64,000 nucleotides of DNA from the human T2T-CHM13v2.0 reference genome, Homo sapiens. The notes under the pieces were generated by a model. The model had not been told where the DNA came from, made no database searches, and saw only the letters and a program-made list of their open reading frames with translations. Every line of letters begins with the position of its first letter. Within the stretch, counting starts at the first letter, position 1. A program made the position numbers and the translations under genes. This document shows positions 1-15,428 of the stretch, piece after piece. The stretch lies in assembly GCF_009914755.1 (NCBI RefSeq), contig NC_060927.1, one strand, 5' to 3'.

Positions 1-152
1 GCTCTAGTAAGCACAAGCTAGGTTCTTAGTAGAGGACGCTGAGATCTCTGGGGTCCTGATATTGTTCAGCTCCAGACTTTACCTCAGTCTATGCTCACAG
101 TAAACTCCATTATCCTTTGAGGAGCACGGATGAGTCTCTTTTAGCAATCAAT
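1..152 (+). mobile_element. Old MaLR (MLT1-type) LTR, 3' end fragment
   Basis: TAAACTCCATTATCCTTTGAGG...GAGTCTCTTTTAGCAATCAA resembles the MLT1 3' terminus; recognised by eye. Confidence 0.4.
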
Positions 153-2339
153 GAAACCAAAGGAGAACAGAGTGTGGGGTCTAAGTGGCTTCCTTCTCTC
201 AAATACTCAGCTATTTGAATAACTATGTCTCTGTGACAAAACAAAACTTATTTTTGAGCAGGATTTGTCAAAGTATTTGCTATTCTTTAGCCCTGCCTTG
301 GATAAGAACCCCAGTTTGTGTCTTCAAGTGTCATATCACTTTTCTGTTTTCCTATTCATGGCATAATTTTACTCATGCTCTTGATCAGTAGGTTGTTTAT
401 TTCTTTCATGTCTTAGGCAGACAGGATACACACCCAGACACAAAAAGCCCTAACCTAATATAAGGATTTATAGCCAGATGAAGAATGCTACAGGGATGCC
501 AAAATAAATAATACCCAGAGAACTCACTTGACTGTTTTGGAAATGCAATGCTTTATTTATTCTCAATGGTTTCTTTGTTTGGGCAGATAAGGTATTTTCT
601 ATCTTTTCCCCAGTCTCCTTAGTAAACAGCCCTATGAGTGCAATATGTGGGTTGGGGATGGAATAAATACATGAGAGAAATAGAAAGAGTAAAAATTTTC
701 ACTGTTCTTATTTCTGCCCTTAATTGTTGTCTGTCACTGCTGAATGGCTTGTGGATTATGCTATGGATATTTATCCCATGGCAAAAATAAAGGAAATAGG
801 ATGGATTCTTTTAAATGGGAGGACTCATGGCCTTTTCCTATTAATTCAGCTACAGCATCCATCATTGCATTCTAAGTATAAAAGACAGGAAGTGGGAAGA
901 GAGGACTGCCATTTCATAGAAAATATTAATCCTATTGTTTATATAGGTTTTATTATTGTTTATAAAGTTGACAATTTAAAATAAAAAATATTTATATGTG
1001 CAATTCCTAGAGAAAGAAAACCAGACCACTTAAATTACATTCCTACTTGAGAGAGGAAATCTAAATGAGAATTTGGACTCTTTCTACAGTTAGATCATTG
1101 ATTTTCTGTGCTTGGAGGCATAAATTACAGCAGCTTACAATTATTATTCCGGCTTTGAAAAACCTTAGACAGGACTTCATGAAAAGTGCCACAATCACAT
1201 TTGTCACATACCTTGTTCTGACCGGACCAACCCTAGTTCTATGCATGCCCGGACTTTGGATTTAATCAATGCCTAGCACTCAATGCTGTCCTGCCCCCAG
1301 AGCACACACCGTATTTCTATAGGTTGCAATGTATATTTTGTTGTTTGTGTCAGGTATTTTTGAGTAAACAGAAGAAAGAAAATATTTTTGATTTTGTCTT
1401 GTTTTGTTTGGATTACGCTTTTGAAGGCATAAATGGTGATAAGAACAATATTGTAAACTGGTTGTTTGTCATTTCCTTGCCCTCCTAATGGACAGGTTTT
1501 GAGTCAGAAGCTCCAGCAGGCAAGTTCATGGAAGCCTTTGTGAGACTTGAAGCACCTTCGCGATCCAGGTGATTAAGGCCACTGGAGTGGGAAGATGGCC
1601 ATTTCCCCTATTTCCATGTGAGTGCCCAGAGGTAGCCCCCACAGGCACTGTGCAGTGGCAGGACAGTAGCCTCCACCCGCTGAGCCAGGCAGAGTGGCCA
1701 GAACCCCTGTGTGTTCAGCTCACCTGTCCTAGTAGCTTCCCCAAATTCCTCTAGCCAGCTAGCTTGCCTGGAGTGGAAGAACATTAGTGGATTTACTAAG
1801 TATGTCAGACAATCCTAAGGCCCTCCCTCAATATGGTTCATGGTGATAGGGCCCAGAGGGAAGTTGCATGAGAAGCTGAGGTCCTCCAGTCAAATGAGCA
1901 GGAACTTAGATAGGGTGATATTTAGGGTAGATGTAGAAGATGTTGATGTGGCCACAGTTGTACTTAAAAGGTTGCTGATGCCTTTCAGTTACTTATGCCT
2001 ACAGAGAACCTCAAAACAGAAAAACAAACAAACCAACAAACTTGCAACTAGCCTTAGAAAAAAACTGTAGGATCGGAAGGCTGTTTCCAGGATTCCTCCT
2101 CCTTCTCTTGAATTTCCATTTTGATGTCTTTTTCCCTTCTTTCATTAGTTCGCCACCCTTTAGTTCTCAGTATTCTCAGTATGTAATATTATAACTAGCC
2201 CCTTTACCTGGTGATCCATCAAGCTCTGCTGCCAGTTAGGCTGGACCTTTCTGATCTCTTCTTCCTCCTTCAAAACTTAACTGGCTTAGTTCAACAGAAC
2301 AGAAGAAAGAGTCCAGAATAAGACGAAAATACATATGGT

Positions 2340-3720
<1,381 letters not shown>

Positions 3721-4039
3721 TTATACCTTGTGTCTTTATAACCTAGTCAAAGTAAGTAAATGACTATGTAGTATCTTACTAGTTCCATTTCTATACTCAG
3801 AAAGCCCTGTGTCTTTTACAAAGCAATTGACTTTACCATGTGCCACACAGCACTGAGTACGTTGTCACTATTGACTGAAGGAAAGAATGAATAGCTAGCC
3901 TTCTCCCAGCAGTTTTTGTGAATGACCAGCCTCACCCAAAGGAGGCATGCATTGTCAGAGGCATGCATTGTCAGGGCCATGCAAGTGCATGGGACCCCAC
4001 TCACATTACCCTAGTCTAGGCATTTTCAGAAATATGCCT

Positions 4040-4240
4040 TCCCATGACCATATTTACTTTCATCACAGCACTTATCTCTATACCTGTTAACATGTTTACT
4101 TATGTAATACCTGCCTCCAACACTAGAATTATATACCCTATAAGAACAGAAACCTCACCTACTTTTATCTGTCCTATACCTCCCACTTCCATTTGTCTGG
4201 CAGATAGAAAGCATCAAACAATAAAAGAACTACTAGGTAA
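4040..4240. mobile_element. L2 3' fragment
   Basis: CATCACAGCACTTATC...CACTAGAATTATATACCCTATAAGAACAG resembles the L2 end. Confidence 0.45.
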
Positions 4241-4373
4241 TAACACTATAAATTGAGTTAACAAATTTTCATCATGGTATGGTTGACTTTAGATAGAGTG
4301 AATAAGAACCATTTTTTTCCTCTCTATATGCTCTGGATCTTCTAATATAAGCAGTGAAAAGCGTGCACCATGA

Positions 4374-4560
4374 CAGGGGTTTTCAACCAAAGGACACATC
4401 AGACTCAACTGCTCATAAAAATCAAGGATTTTGATGCCTATGCTCCACCTCAAACCTATTGAAAAAGAATCCCTAGAAGCAGGGACTCAATATCTTTGTT
4501 TTTTTTTTTTTTTTTAACATGTAGGTATTGTGGATGAATTGCTAGGTTGGAGGACTACTG
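4374..4560. mobile_element. MER5-type hAT-Charlie fossil
   Basis: CAGGGGTTTTCAACC ... GGTTGGAGGACTACTG termini. Confidence 0.55.
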
Positions 4561-4711
4561 ATCTATGAATAGACAATCACACCACACATCCCTACACCAC
4601 ATCATCCAAAAGGAAATAATGTGCCCACAGAACCACAAACTAATGAGAAAAAGACAAATAGTTGGGAGATAAATAAGGTACTTGAACACAAACTGAATGA
4701 AGAGTTCTTTC

Positions 4712-5011
<300 letters not shown>

Positions 5012-5627
5012 AAGAGTTCTTTCTTAATGATGGTAATATTTGCTTGCAACCTGGAGTCATAGAGAGAAAATGGTAAAATGCAGAATGGACAGATGCCTCA
5101 CTGACAAATCTTTCGGTTACAAGTGGCAGTGAGTCCTATCAAACTGGCATAAATAATGAAAGGCATTTAATAATTCAGAGCTGGAAAAGTAGTATTGGTT
5201 TCAGGCAAGACTTGATCCAGTCACTCGATGATGTTACTAAGGGTGCATTTTTTTTTTTTCTGCCTCTTTTCCTTCCTCCATGGTGGCAATCCAGGGCTTG
5301 AGCTTCATTCAGTGAGTGCCCCTGCAGAAGCATTCAGGCTCTCCCATCATGGTAGCAAATGGCTGCCACTGTGCAAACATCACATTCATACTCCCATATT
5401 AACCAAGGCTGCTCTTGGGGAGTATGGACAACTCTTGGTTGTCTTTGTTGCTCTTGAGGAATATGGACAAATTTATTTTCCAGAAGCCCCACTAAATATA
5501 AATATTCCTGTGAATCTCTGCATTGGATCATTTCTCTATCTCTTAAACCAATAAAAAAATTTTCAGAGATTTTAGATATACTGATTGGCCTCAGTCAGTA
5601 AGTGATCACCCCTGCAGAAGGTAGATT

Positions 5628-5820
5628 CAGTGTGAGTGGAGCTGACTTGTACAGGTTCACAAGAGCTGATTGTTAAACTATCAGGAATTTTGCAAGCTGG
5701 TTATTCAACACAGATGTCATTGAAGATTAAAGTATATAAACTTAACAATTCAATTATATTAAAAACAGATGTAACTAGTCAAAACTCATCACACTTTACC
5801 TATTTTACTATTATCTGTGC
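5628..5820. mobile_element. MER63-like hAT fragment
   Basis: GGAGCTGACTTGTACAGGTTCACAAGAGCTGATTGTTAAA...GGAATTTTGCAAGCTGG. Confidence 0.5.
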
Positions 5821-6044
5821 CAGAGGTCAGGAAACCACAGCCCTCAGACTAAATCCAGGCTGCTGCCTATTTTTGTAAATGAAGTCTTACTGGAATACAG
5901 CCATGCCCATTCATTTATGTATTGTCCATGGCTGCTTTCAAGTACAATAGTGGAGTTGAATAACTGTGACTGAGGATTTATGGCCTGCAAAGCCTAAAAT
6001 ATTAACTCTCTGGTCCTTAATAGAAAAACATGTCCTGACCCCTG
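5821..6044. mobile_element. MER58A hAT-Charlie element
   Basis: CAGAGGTCAG...CTGACCCCTG termini; internal TGGAATACAGCCATGCCCATTCATTT and TATGGCCTGCAAAGCCTAAAATATT. Confidence 0.8.
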
Positions 6045-7479
6045 ATAGATGCTCTTAGGGTTATTCATGTCTATTGTGTCTGTCTGGTAGAAATATTGTA
6101 AAATGGCATGTGACTGCACATCACTTTCTGACCCTACATTCAATGACCTCTCCAACCTGAAATTGCCATGGGGAAAGGCAAATGATATAGGCAAATGTTG
6201 TGCACTATTGGGCTTTTATTCTTTTCCTATGCCTGGAAGTATTTTTTTTTTTTTAACTCCTGGAATCATTTATCTCTACATCACTGCATACCACTAACCT
6301 CATCCAAAAGGTATGGCTATGAATGGGAAAGGAGTGTCTTCCTAGAGAGGGAATGAATGCTGAGTGGTGGAATTAGCTGCAATTAGCATCTCCAGCCTTC
6401 TAGATCAGTGCTTTTAACTAAATGACCCTACAAGTTGCAGAAAAAAAAATGATACTCCAGGATTTTTCAGGCCAAAGGAAGTTAAAAGAGCATGGATAGA
6501 GAAGATAGAAATTGAGCAAGGGAGCAGGAAAGGTGAACTCTAATAATGAGTTATGAGACAAGCTGACATGATCTGAGAAAGTCTAAGATGAGAAGAAAGA
6601 AAAGGAACACAAACAAACGAACAAAGAAACCAAGAGGATATGCTGTATGCTGCAAATAGCCTCAGAACAAAATATATTTCAAAGCTGAACATGAGGAAAA
6701 ATTGAAAGAGCTTAAGACAAGATTGTGACAGAAAACAGAGGGAAGGGCAGCATCTGAAATGAGGCTCAAACGTTTCCACGGGCAAACTGTGTGAGGTATT
6801 GGTAGTAGAGTTACCCCAATGGAGCATCCAGGGATACAGATATCAACACATCAAAGGGGTAGTCTTAATGATCCATTCAAACAAAACAGAGCCGTGCTTA
6901 ATGGCCTCCTGTGATACTTATGTTCTTTAGAAATAAGCTATGGATATAATGTTCTTAAAAAGGGGTTCAGGATGTGATTTTAGTGGAGTGAAATGAAAGA
7001 AATAATTCTGGCATATGAGTGGGAAGGATTTATATTATCTCAATAAGCTAGAAAATATTGATATTACTGAAATTGCAATTAAAAAGAGAAGTAAAAATTT
7101 CTTTTTAAAGGCCTCTTTTGTGTTAAGAGTTTGTTACCAGGCAAAATCAGCAGTTATTATGAGCTAGGTTTACTTACTTTCCCTTTTTGCACTGTTTGCT
7201 TTGTCCTCTGACATCTGAATGGCCATGGATTTTAAAGTGTTTATTGTTTTTATGTGCATCCGCCTTGGATTTAGGGAGTCACCTGTGCTTTGCAGCACCG
7301 TCTTTTATAATTAGTAGCACTGTGATTCCAATACCCATTCATGCTCAGGACATCCCTAGACTGCATTTGTTTCATTATGTAGCTACGTAGTCAATTTGCC
7401 AAAGAATGGATCAATTCATTTAAAAAAGAAAAACAGATACTAGAAGTTGGTACACAGATTTCTTTCGATCAAATAAATT

Positions 7480-7660
7480 TAATCAATCAACAAATATTTA
7501 CTGAGCTCTCACTTTGTGACTTGCTAAGCCTAGAGATACAATTGAGAACTTACTGTCTAGTGTGGGAGAGAGACAAGAAAAAAATGGTTCAATAACAACT
7601 AATTACAATTATTTTAAAAACGTTATAAAATAAACAGGGTGCTAGAGAATAATAGAAAGG
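7480..7660. mobile_element. L2 fragment
   Basis: TCAACAAATATTTACTGAGC L2 terminal motif. Confidence 0.55.
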
Positions 7661-10600
7661 TAATTCATAAATTCATTCAGTTGTAAATGACTGGCATTGG
7701 GACTAACAATAGTTCCCACTGATGTTGGGTTTTAATTGGGCCAAAAGCCTTAATGTGAAGAAATGGCATTTTCATAGTTCAATGGTTCCTAAAGTTGTTC
7801 AAGTATTGAACCACCTGGAAGTTGTAGTGTTCCCTTCAGAACATAATGAAATAGCATTACGTGTAATGATATTATGAAGGTAGTTAGCACAAACTTAAAT
7901 AAGTTGGTTAAGTTTATGGTACTTAGGGATACTCAATTTAATGAAATATTCATGCAGCAAAACAAAGTCTGAAAAAATCACGATGGTAAGCAAACACTTC
8001 CCTAAAAACTAAACCACTGTACATTAGATCCACTGATTTGCAATTCTTCTGCAGTACTGATGCACTGCAATCAAATCATAAGCTGATGTAAAAGATTTAA
8101 GAAAACTTTATGGGAGGGGGGAAAATCCTTAAAATTGAGAAAATTTTATTCATTGTCTTGTCTGTTCCTGCTGTGCTTCCCCACAACCAATTGAGAATAT
8201 TTCCTACCCAACACTAACTTTTAGAACACTGACTCTTATTGCAGAATCTCAGTTATCAAACATGGTTTCTTTATAATCCTGAAATCATACCAATAGATAA
8301 CTCATACTAATCACTAAATACCGTCACTGTGCAAACAGTTCTGTAGCATAGTATTACTTAGATGTGTACACCTTTACTGTAGGGTGTTAAGGAAGGACTA
8401 TCATCAGACTTTGGATTCAAACAAGTTTTAAGAAAGATGGCAGTTTTTGTGTTTGAGCTCCAAAATGTCACATACATTTGGAAATGTATTTCAGAGTCTC
8501 AGAGGTTGATTTACAGAGTATTTAGCAAAATGATACTGAGTTCCTTGAACATAGTTTGTTTTCCTTCTTTTACAGAGACTGAAATGTTTTTATGTAGAGC
8601 TGCCATTTTTTTTTTTTAAATAGGTACCCTTGTTTAACTTGGTAATGCTGCCTAAATATAGTGGCATATTTTAGTCGTACTTACAGGACCAAGAACTATT
8701 GAATTATCATCATTATAAATATATATGTGAAATTTGCATTTGTTCTTTTTTGTGGGCATACATTATCTGCCAATAAAGCTTTACAAAGACCTTCTCAACT
8801 TTTGTGGAGTGCCAGGTATTAAGAATTTTAATGAAAAAGAAAATCAATTATTGTGGGGTAGCACAGAAAGCTTTTAGTTTGCAAATGATAATCTCCCTCT
8901 TAACATCTTAACAGTAACAGATATGAGCTGATAATGAAATTCTCAGGACTGCTTGGAAACAGAAGCACGTCTTCCTGCTCCTTCTGACAATTTTCCTCAT
9001 GTATCTGCCCTGGAATCTGATGGCTTTTGCAGTCTCTGGTTCATTGGTGATTAGCTCCAGATAACAGAAAGCCCTGCACATAAAATTTCTGAAGCAGCTC
9101 ATTTTTATGTCACTCTTCAGTAAACCAACTCTTCTATATCCACATTTAAATATCTTAGCTGGAGCTTCTTGATCATCCTTAGGGAATCACCTTTATCCTT
9201 TATAGAAATGTCTATGATTTTTGTGAGCACTGTCAAACCAATAAGGACGATCTTTGCACAGTAAAACACAATACCTTGGTTATAATCAATCATAACACTA
9301 TGTAAACAGCCTCATCAAGTCTATTTATAAACATTTAAATTGTAGGGCAATTAGTAAGATTATTTGTTTATATTTGTTCATTCATGTTTAGCTTTTTAAA
9401 ATATAGATTTTTCAGGTTTGTGAGTTTTCATAATGAGTGAAACATTCTAATCCTGGAAAAATAATAAGTTAATCAGAATCCTAGTGCTATGTATGTAAAT
9501 TATATTATATATGGCATCATAAATTTCAAGACTAGACATCACTGATTGTCAAATATACAACCATAAAATCCATGTTAAAAAGTATATATAAAATAAATAT
9601 CCAATGGCAGGTATATTTCAGAAAGTATATAATACTGCTTTCCTGGTGGTAATTTAAATATCCCACATTTTATAAAAAGTAAATCTTTTGGTGCATTTTT
9701 AAAGTAGTTTTAAGTATACACTTTTTTAAAAAAAAGTGTTTCAGTTTCCAAACTTAGAGTATTAACTTCAGTTCAAAAGTAAACATGTGCTATGCTAAAG
9801 TTTTAAAATTTGAATATTAATTAATTCATTTATTTAGGATGTTTAAAAATATAATCCAAGCCAGGGACTTTTTCAGGTGCTTTAAATATAACACTTGTGG
9901 GGGAAAACAAACTTAGATAAAATAATGAAGAACATTCTGTATTCTTATTTTAAACAAACATACAAATTAAAAAAAAAAAGATGAACCATGCCATTAGATT
10001 CAACAAATAAAGATTAGTTTAACAAATCCTTAACTTTGGAAAGCAAATCTAGGTAATGCTTTTTAAAAATCTACTGAGCAACAGTATCTGAACTAATTAT
10101 TTTCATAATATCTTTGAAAAGTAGGTATTAACTCTACAGAATGGAGAGTTAGAATAACATACTTATTTAAAATTACAAAACAGCATTTGGAAAGACTTTT
10201 GATTTTTCTACCTCTAGTGTTTTAAGTAAAACACTCAGAGGTCACACTACCAATGAAAAAATGGAATGTTACCAGCAACCTATAAGTCCCATGTGCTCCT
10301 TTCTATTCTTGTTTCTCACTCACCCAACTAGAGGTAAGCACTACCTTGAGCTGGGTTTATCCAATAGTTTTACCATTTACATATTAATTCCTAAATTTAA
10401 TTTGTTTCATTTTGTACAGCTAAATTACAAGCATAAAACTATCCATGTTCAAGGAATGGTAATATTACCATTATTCAATAAAGGATTCCTGGAAAATACA
10501 AGGTGAAGAGAGATTTGGGGTAAGTGTCTTCTTTCAGCTTTCCTGAGTTTAGAAGAGCTCAGTTGGGGCAATCAGTGGGTGAAGTAAGGGGTGGTTCTGG

Positions 10601-10929
10601 CAGATGTAATGGTTACCGTTGCTGAACCGCAGGACTGTCCAGGAACTGGATATTTAGAAGACATATCATTCAGGAACAGTTATCTCTATGTGATGTTTTT
10701 CTGTTTTCAGAATGTTCCTTTTTGACTTGATTCTCTTCTTGTTTCATGGATGCATATCCCCTTTTATCTTAACATTAAACAAAAATTTTCTATGTTGTCT
10801 GTTTTCTCCAAACTGCTTTATTTCATTTGCTTGTTGTTCTGGTTCTATTGCCAATTTGAGATTTTCCTCAAATATCTGAAATATTTGACATCTATTCTAG
10901 GTTGAGATTTAGAACATAAGAAGCTGTTT

Positions 10930-10992
10930 GGAGAAACAGCTCATGCCCTGCCGGAGAAACAGCTCATGCCCTGCCAGAGAAACAGCCCTGCC
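10930..10992. repeat. 23-bp tandem repeat, 2 perfect copies plus 1 shortened copy
   Basis: GGAGAAACAGCTCATGCCCTGCC x2, then AGAGAAACAGCCCTGCC. Confidence 0.95.
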
Positions 10993-13007
10993 AGATCATG
11001 TCAACTTCTTTGTTATGTATCCACTACACATAAAGACCTCTGCGAGGTGTGGTGATCAGCACTAAAATGTGTAAGGCATTTCTCTCTTCTCTGTCCTCAA
11101 GGGGTTTATGACACAGTTAAGGAAGAACGGCTTTCACACACAGGATGAGACAATACACTATTAAAATTCAGATGTTGTGTAAGCAATATCTTAATCCATT
11201 ATTTGTTTACTTTGGAATATGGTGTGAGATAAGGAGAGTCAAGGAATTGCTGCATATTTTTGATTTGGGAACTGAGCAGATGCAGAGCAAAGTGAGGTCA
11301 GATAGAATGTGCAGATCAGCTCTGCCTAAGACACTTGGCAAGTTACCTAAACACTGAGCCTGTACCCTGACCTAAAAATGACCCGGAAAATAACATCCTT
11401 TGGACATACTATGGGTCAGTAATGGAGAAAATGATTTAAAGTTCCTAGATATAGCACTTGATTCAATAAACGTTAACCACACTCTGGATTACTATAGATA
11501 GCTAATCAAGGAAACAAAGAAGGAAGCAGGATACAGAAGAGAAGGGGAAAGGTGGGAAGGAGAAGGAAAAATGTGGTGAAGAAGTAAAGGGTTTATATCT
11601 GACTCCCTATGCTTTTCTTTAATGAAACTTCATTTTAAAAGTCACATCTTGCCACTCTCAAAGACAAGCAAAGAACCAATATTGCATTTTAATGGCCCAT
11701 TACTGAAAAAGGAAATCAAGCCCTGGATATGATCTTTTTTGGCACAAGATCCTGGGAGAGCAAAGAGATGTAAGTCAACATTTATGAGCTGGGAAAAAAT
11801 TGGAAATATTCTGTCCCTTGGAGCAAAGCAGTCGTATGCTATTACTAATCCTTATTTACCCTCGAGGAGCAACAAGCGTTCATATGCAAAAGAGAAAAGA
11901 AATTTTTGAAAATCACTATCTTCTTTCATTTAAACTTCAGGACTTTATCCATTATCCTGGCCTCTTGTAATACTATTTTAAAAAGTAATTCCCTCAAAGA
12001 CCTCTTCATATGAATGAGAGATTAGTACCAGGGAGTAAAAATCCTCAGCATTCTTGCATCAAAATACTTTTTTCTACAAGAAGTTACTGCCTAGGTAATT
12101 TTTTCACAGTAATTATTGTTTCAAGAAGCAGCAGTGTGGAAGTTTTCCCTGTGAATATGGGTAAGACTGCTTCTAAATGCTTAGTGCCTGAAATGGTTGG
12201 TTGTTCCCTCTAGGGCAGAGTGGGGATGGAGGGGCATTTAGATTGGATGGTGGTTGGAATTTGAATAGTAGTTTTAATATCTCACACACAAAATATACAG
12301 CCTAGCTTTATTATTCCTAGTGGTGGCAGTTTTGCACAAGCTAAGAAAAGCTGAATTTGGTCCCACGGTCTCCACCAATTGGCTGAAGGAAATTAATAAA
12401 CTACTCTTTGATATGGCTCTGAGTCCACAGAGGTGTGTATTTGAATTTCTTAGGTCCCTTGCTTTGTATGACATGGTTTTTCCAGAATGAATTAGAAGTT
12501 ATTTCTTCCAGCCAATGGGTTTGCTTGACATTTTGCAGCTTGAAGACGTAACATCAGATGACTTCATTGTTTTATCTTTCCTTCACTTTTCCCATAGGAT
12601 TTATTTTTCTTAGGTCTCGTCTTTCTTAAAACATGAAAGATCACATCCTTTTCTGATTATAACGTTTTCTCGATTTCTCAATAGAGGAGTGAAAGAGTCA
12701 AACCATAAAGGCCCCACAGGACAGCAACCAGAAATGGACATCGCAGACACCCAAAACTGGGGCCAGGCCACAAGGGAGCCACAGAGAAGCCTTGCCTTCA
12801 TGATGGAGTTGGAGGAGCACCAGATGGGTACAAAACCAGTAGCCTGCCAAAAGAGCATTTCATTTCTCTGGAAATGTCAATACAGAACAAACTAGGTGAA
12901 CAGAGCTAGAGATTTTAGAAATTATTGTGGGAGTTCTTGAAAGTTTATAAAAGGATCCTTAGCAACCTTGAAATTTTACTCTGAAGAGGACAGGAGAAGT
13001 CAGCAAC

Positions 13008-13285
13008 ATGATTTGCAAATATTTCCCCCCATTCTATGGGTTACTTTGCACTTTCTTCATGGTGTGCTTTGAAACACAAAAGTTTTTTATTTTTATGAAG
13101 TCCAGTGTATTTATTTATTATTTATTTTGGTAGCTTATGCTTTTGGTATCTAAGAAGACTTTGTCTATCCAATGTCGCAAAGATATACTGCTGTATTTTA
13201 TTCTAAGGGTTTTATAATGTTAGCTTTTATATTTAGGTCTATGATTCATTTGGAGTTAATTTTTGTTTATGATATAAGAAAAGAG
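13008..13285 (-). mobile_element. L1M ORF2-region fragment
   Basis: ATTTGCAAATATTTCCCCCCATTCT...ATTTAGGTCTATGATTCATTTGGAGTTAATTTTTG. Confidence 0.75.
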
Positions 13286-13459
13286 TTTAGTTCCCTAAAT
13301 CTTATTTACTGAACTCCAGCTATGTGTCAGATATTGTACCAAAATTTTCCATACACTCCATTTACTCTCACAACAGTCCACTGTTGAAAGTTTTAAGATG
13401 AGGAGATAAGAAAAATCAGAATGTATTAAAATATTGAGAGGACAACAATTTTAGTCACT

Positions 13460-13690
13460 ACCATTTCTTGAGAATATATAATGGACCAAAGTCTGTGCTA
13501 AAGGCTTTTTATGTGCTCACTAATGGAATTCCTAGACAACTCCAGCAGGTTAATAGTATTATTATCTCCACTTTACAGATGAGAAAACTGAGGCACAGGG
13601 AACTCGAAAATTGTGTGCAGGGACACATCTGATAAGTAGTCATACCAGGTTTGGAAGCCAGGCAGTTAGAGACAAGAGTTTGGCTCTTGT
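13460..13690 (-). mobile_element. MIR
   Basis: Core CCACTTTACAGATGAGAAAACTGAGGCACAG. Confidence 0.8.
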
Positions 13691-13739
13691 CTATAATTAG
13701 TTGTCAAGGATCACATAGCAAACAAAAAATAGGAGTAGA

Positions 13740-14165
13740 GAAACAACCCAAAGGTCCATCAGCTGAGAATGGATAAACAAAATGTGATGTATCCATACTA
13801 CGGAATACTACTGAGCAATAAAAAGGAATGACTGACACATGCTGCAATATCTAAGTGAGAGAAGCCAGTCAGGGAAGACCACAAATTATATGAATCCATT
13901 TATATGAAATATTCAGAATAGGCATATCTGTAAAGACAGAAGGTACATTAGTGACTATCTAGGGCTGAAGTGGGAAAGAAATTGAAGGGAAATAAGGGAT
14001 GACTACTAATGAGCATGGGATATTTTTGGGGATGTGTAATGAAAATGTTCTCAAACTGGTTATTATGATGGTTTCACAACTCTGTGATTATACTAAAAAC
14101 CATAGAATTGTATGTTCTAAATGGGCAAATTGTGTGATATGTAAATTATATCTCAAAAAATTTAT
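13740..14165 (+). mobile_element. L1MB/ME 3' end
   Basis: GAAACAACCCAAAGGTCCATC...GGATAAACAAAATGTG...TAAATTATATCTCAA. Confidence 0.8.
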
Positions 14166-14542
14166 TTCAAAAATGGGGCTAGAATGTCAAATCTAGACTT
14201 TCGTATTTCAAGCCTGTGTGTTTTTCACTATGCCTTACTGACCATCACTCTTTTTTGGCATCGTGTATGTTACTACTCAACTTTCCTTATTGGTCCATCT
14301 TCTGTTCATAGTCTGTGGACTACTACAGGGCAAAAACTGTGTGGCAATTATCTTTGTTCCACCAAATCCCAAAAGGCCTGTTCTGGCGGTGTTAGTCCCA
14401 AAGTCATCTCAATACATTATCTGTTGAACGATTAAAATAAAATACTCCCAATTGAGGTACTTCTAGTCTAACAGAATATGCCTGTTCCTGAAAAGTTGAG
14501 TGAGACTTTAATTTTAAATTGAATATTTAAATATTACAGTGT

Positions 14543-14591
14543 GCTTAATATTTAGATGAATCTGTCAGCTTAATATTTAGATGAATCTGTC
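14543..14591. repeat. Perfect 24-bp tandem duplication
   Basis: GCTTAATATTTAGATGAATCTGTC at 14543 and 14568. Confidence 0.95.
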
Positions 14592-15428
14592 TTAGAGTGA
14601 GTGGCCATCTGCCACATCTTTATTTTTGGAGATCTGATTTTTTTTTCCTTTTTTGCATACACTCATTGAGATTTTCTTACATCAGAATAAATGTTAGATG
14701 TTCTTATCTATTGCAAGTAGATTTGGTACATTGGTACAGCACTGGAGACTCTATGTAGGAAAATGTGAACTTGTTAAAAGTGTTTTTGATATTCAGTGTC
14801 ATAATACTCTAAGAGGGTTTCATTTCAACATTTCCATTAGCTGGTGGTAATAACTTGTAACTAAAAAAACAAATGATTTAAACATTAAAAAGGGAATAAG
14901 CAACTCTGTGTGTGTCTGTGTGTGTGTAATTCCACAGCAGTTTTCATGAATTTGTGCTATTAAATAATCATAAATAAAAATTTAGGAAAATAATATTTGT
15001 AAGTATTATTGTGTGTTCTCAGCTCCCTACTAACTACTAAATTCTCTCTGTTATAACACAAGGGTCTTCCTTACCTTCCTACTTTTCTTGATGGCAATCA
15101 CTTACTGTGTTGCAAAGTGTCCTGAGGTATTCTTAGAGATGATGGTTGAGAGAAAGGGAGCTGGGGAAGAAGAAAAGGGAATAGAAAGACATAGCTCTGT
15201 TGGGAAAGGAGTGAAAGTGGTTCTACGAAGAAAACAAGGATATTTCCTGAGCCATCCCTCCTGCTGCTGCCCAAACAAGATCATCCACCAGCTCAACAAA
15301 CACTGATTTGACAAAATGCTGGTCAAGTCAGTGTCCCCAGAGATTCTGCTCCATGCATTTCCCTGACTGTACCTCTCTTCCAGGGCAAGTGGACATCAAC
15401 ACCGTCACTGAAGAAGTCATTCTCCTGC

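Noticed and set aside
10930-10992. CRISPR-like direct repeats
   Set aside because: No spacers, no cas genes, eukaryotic context
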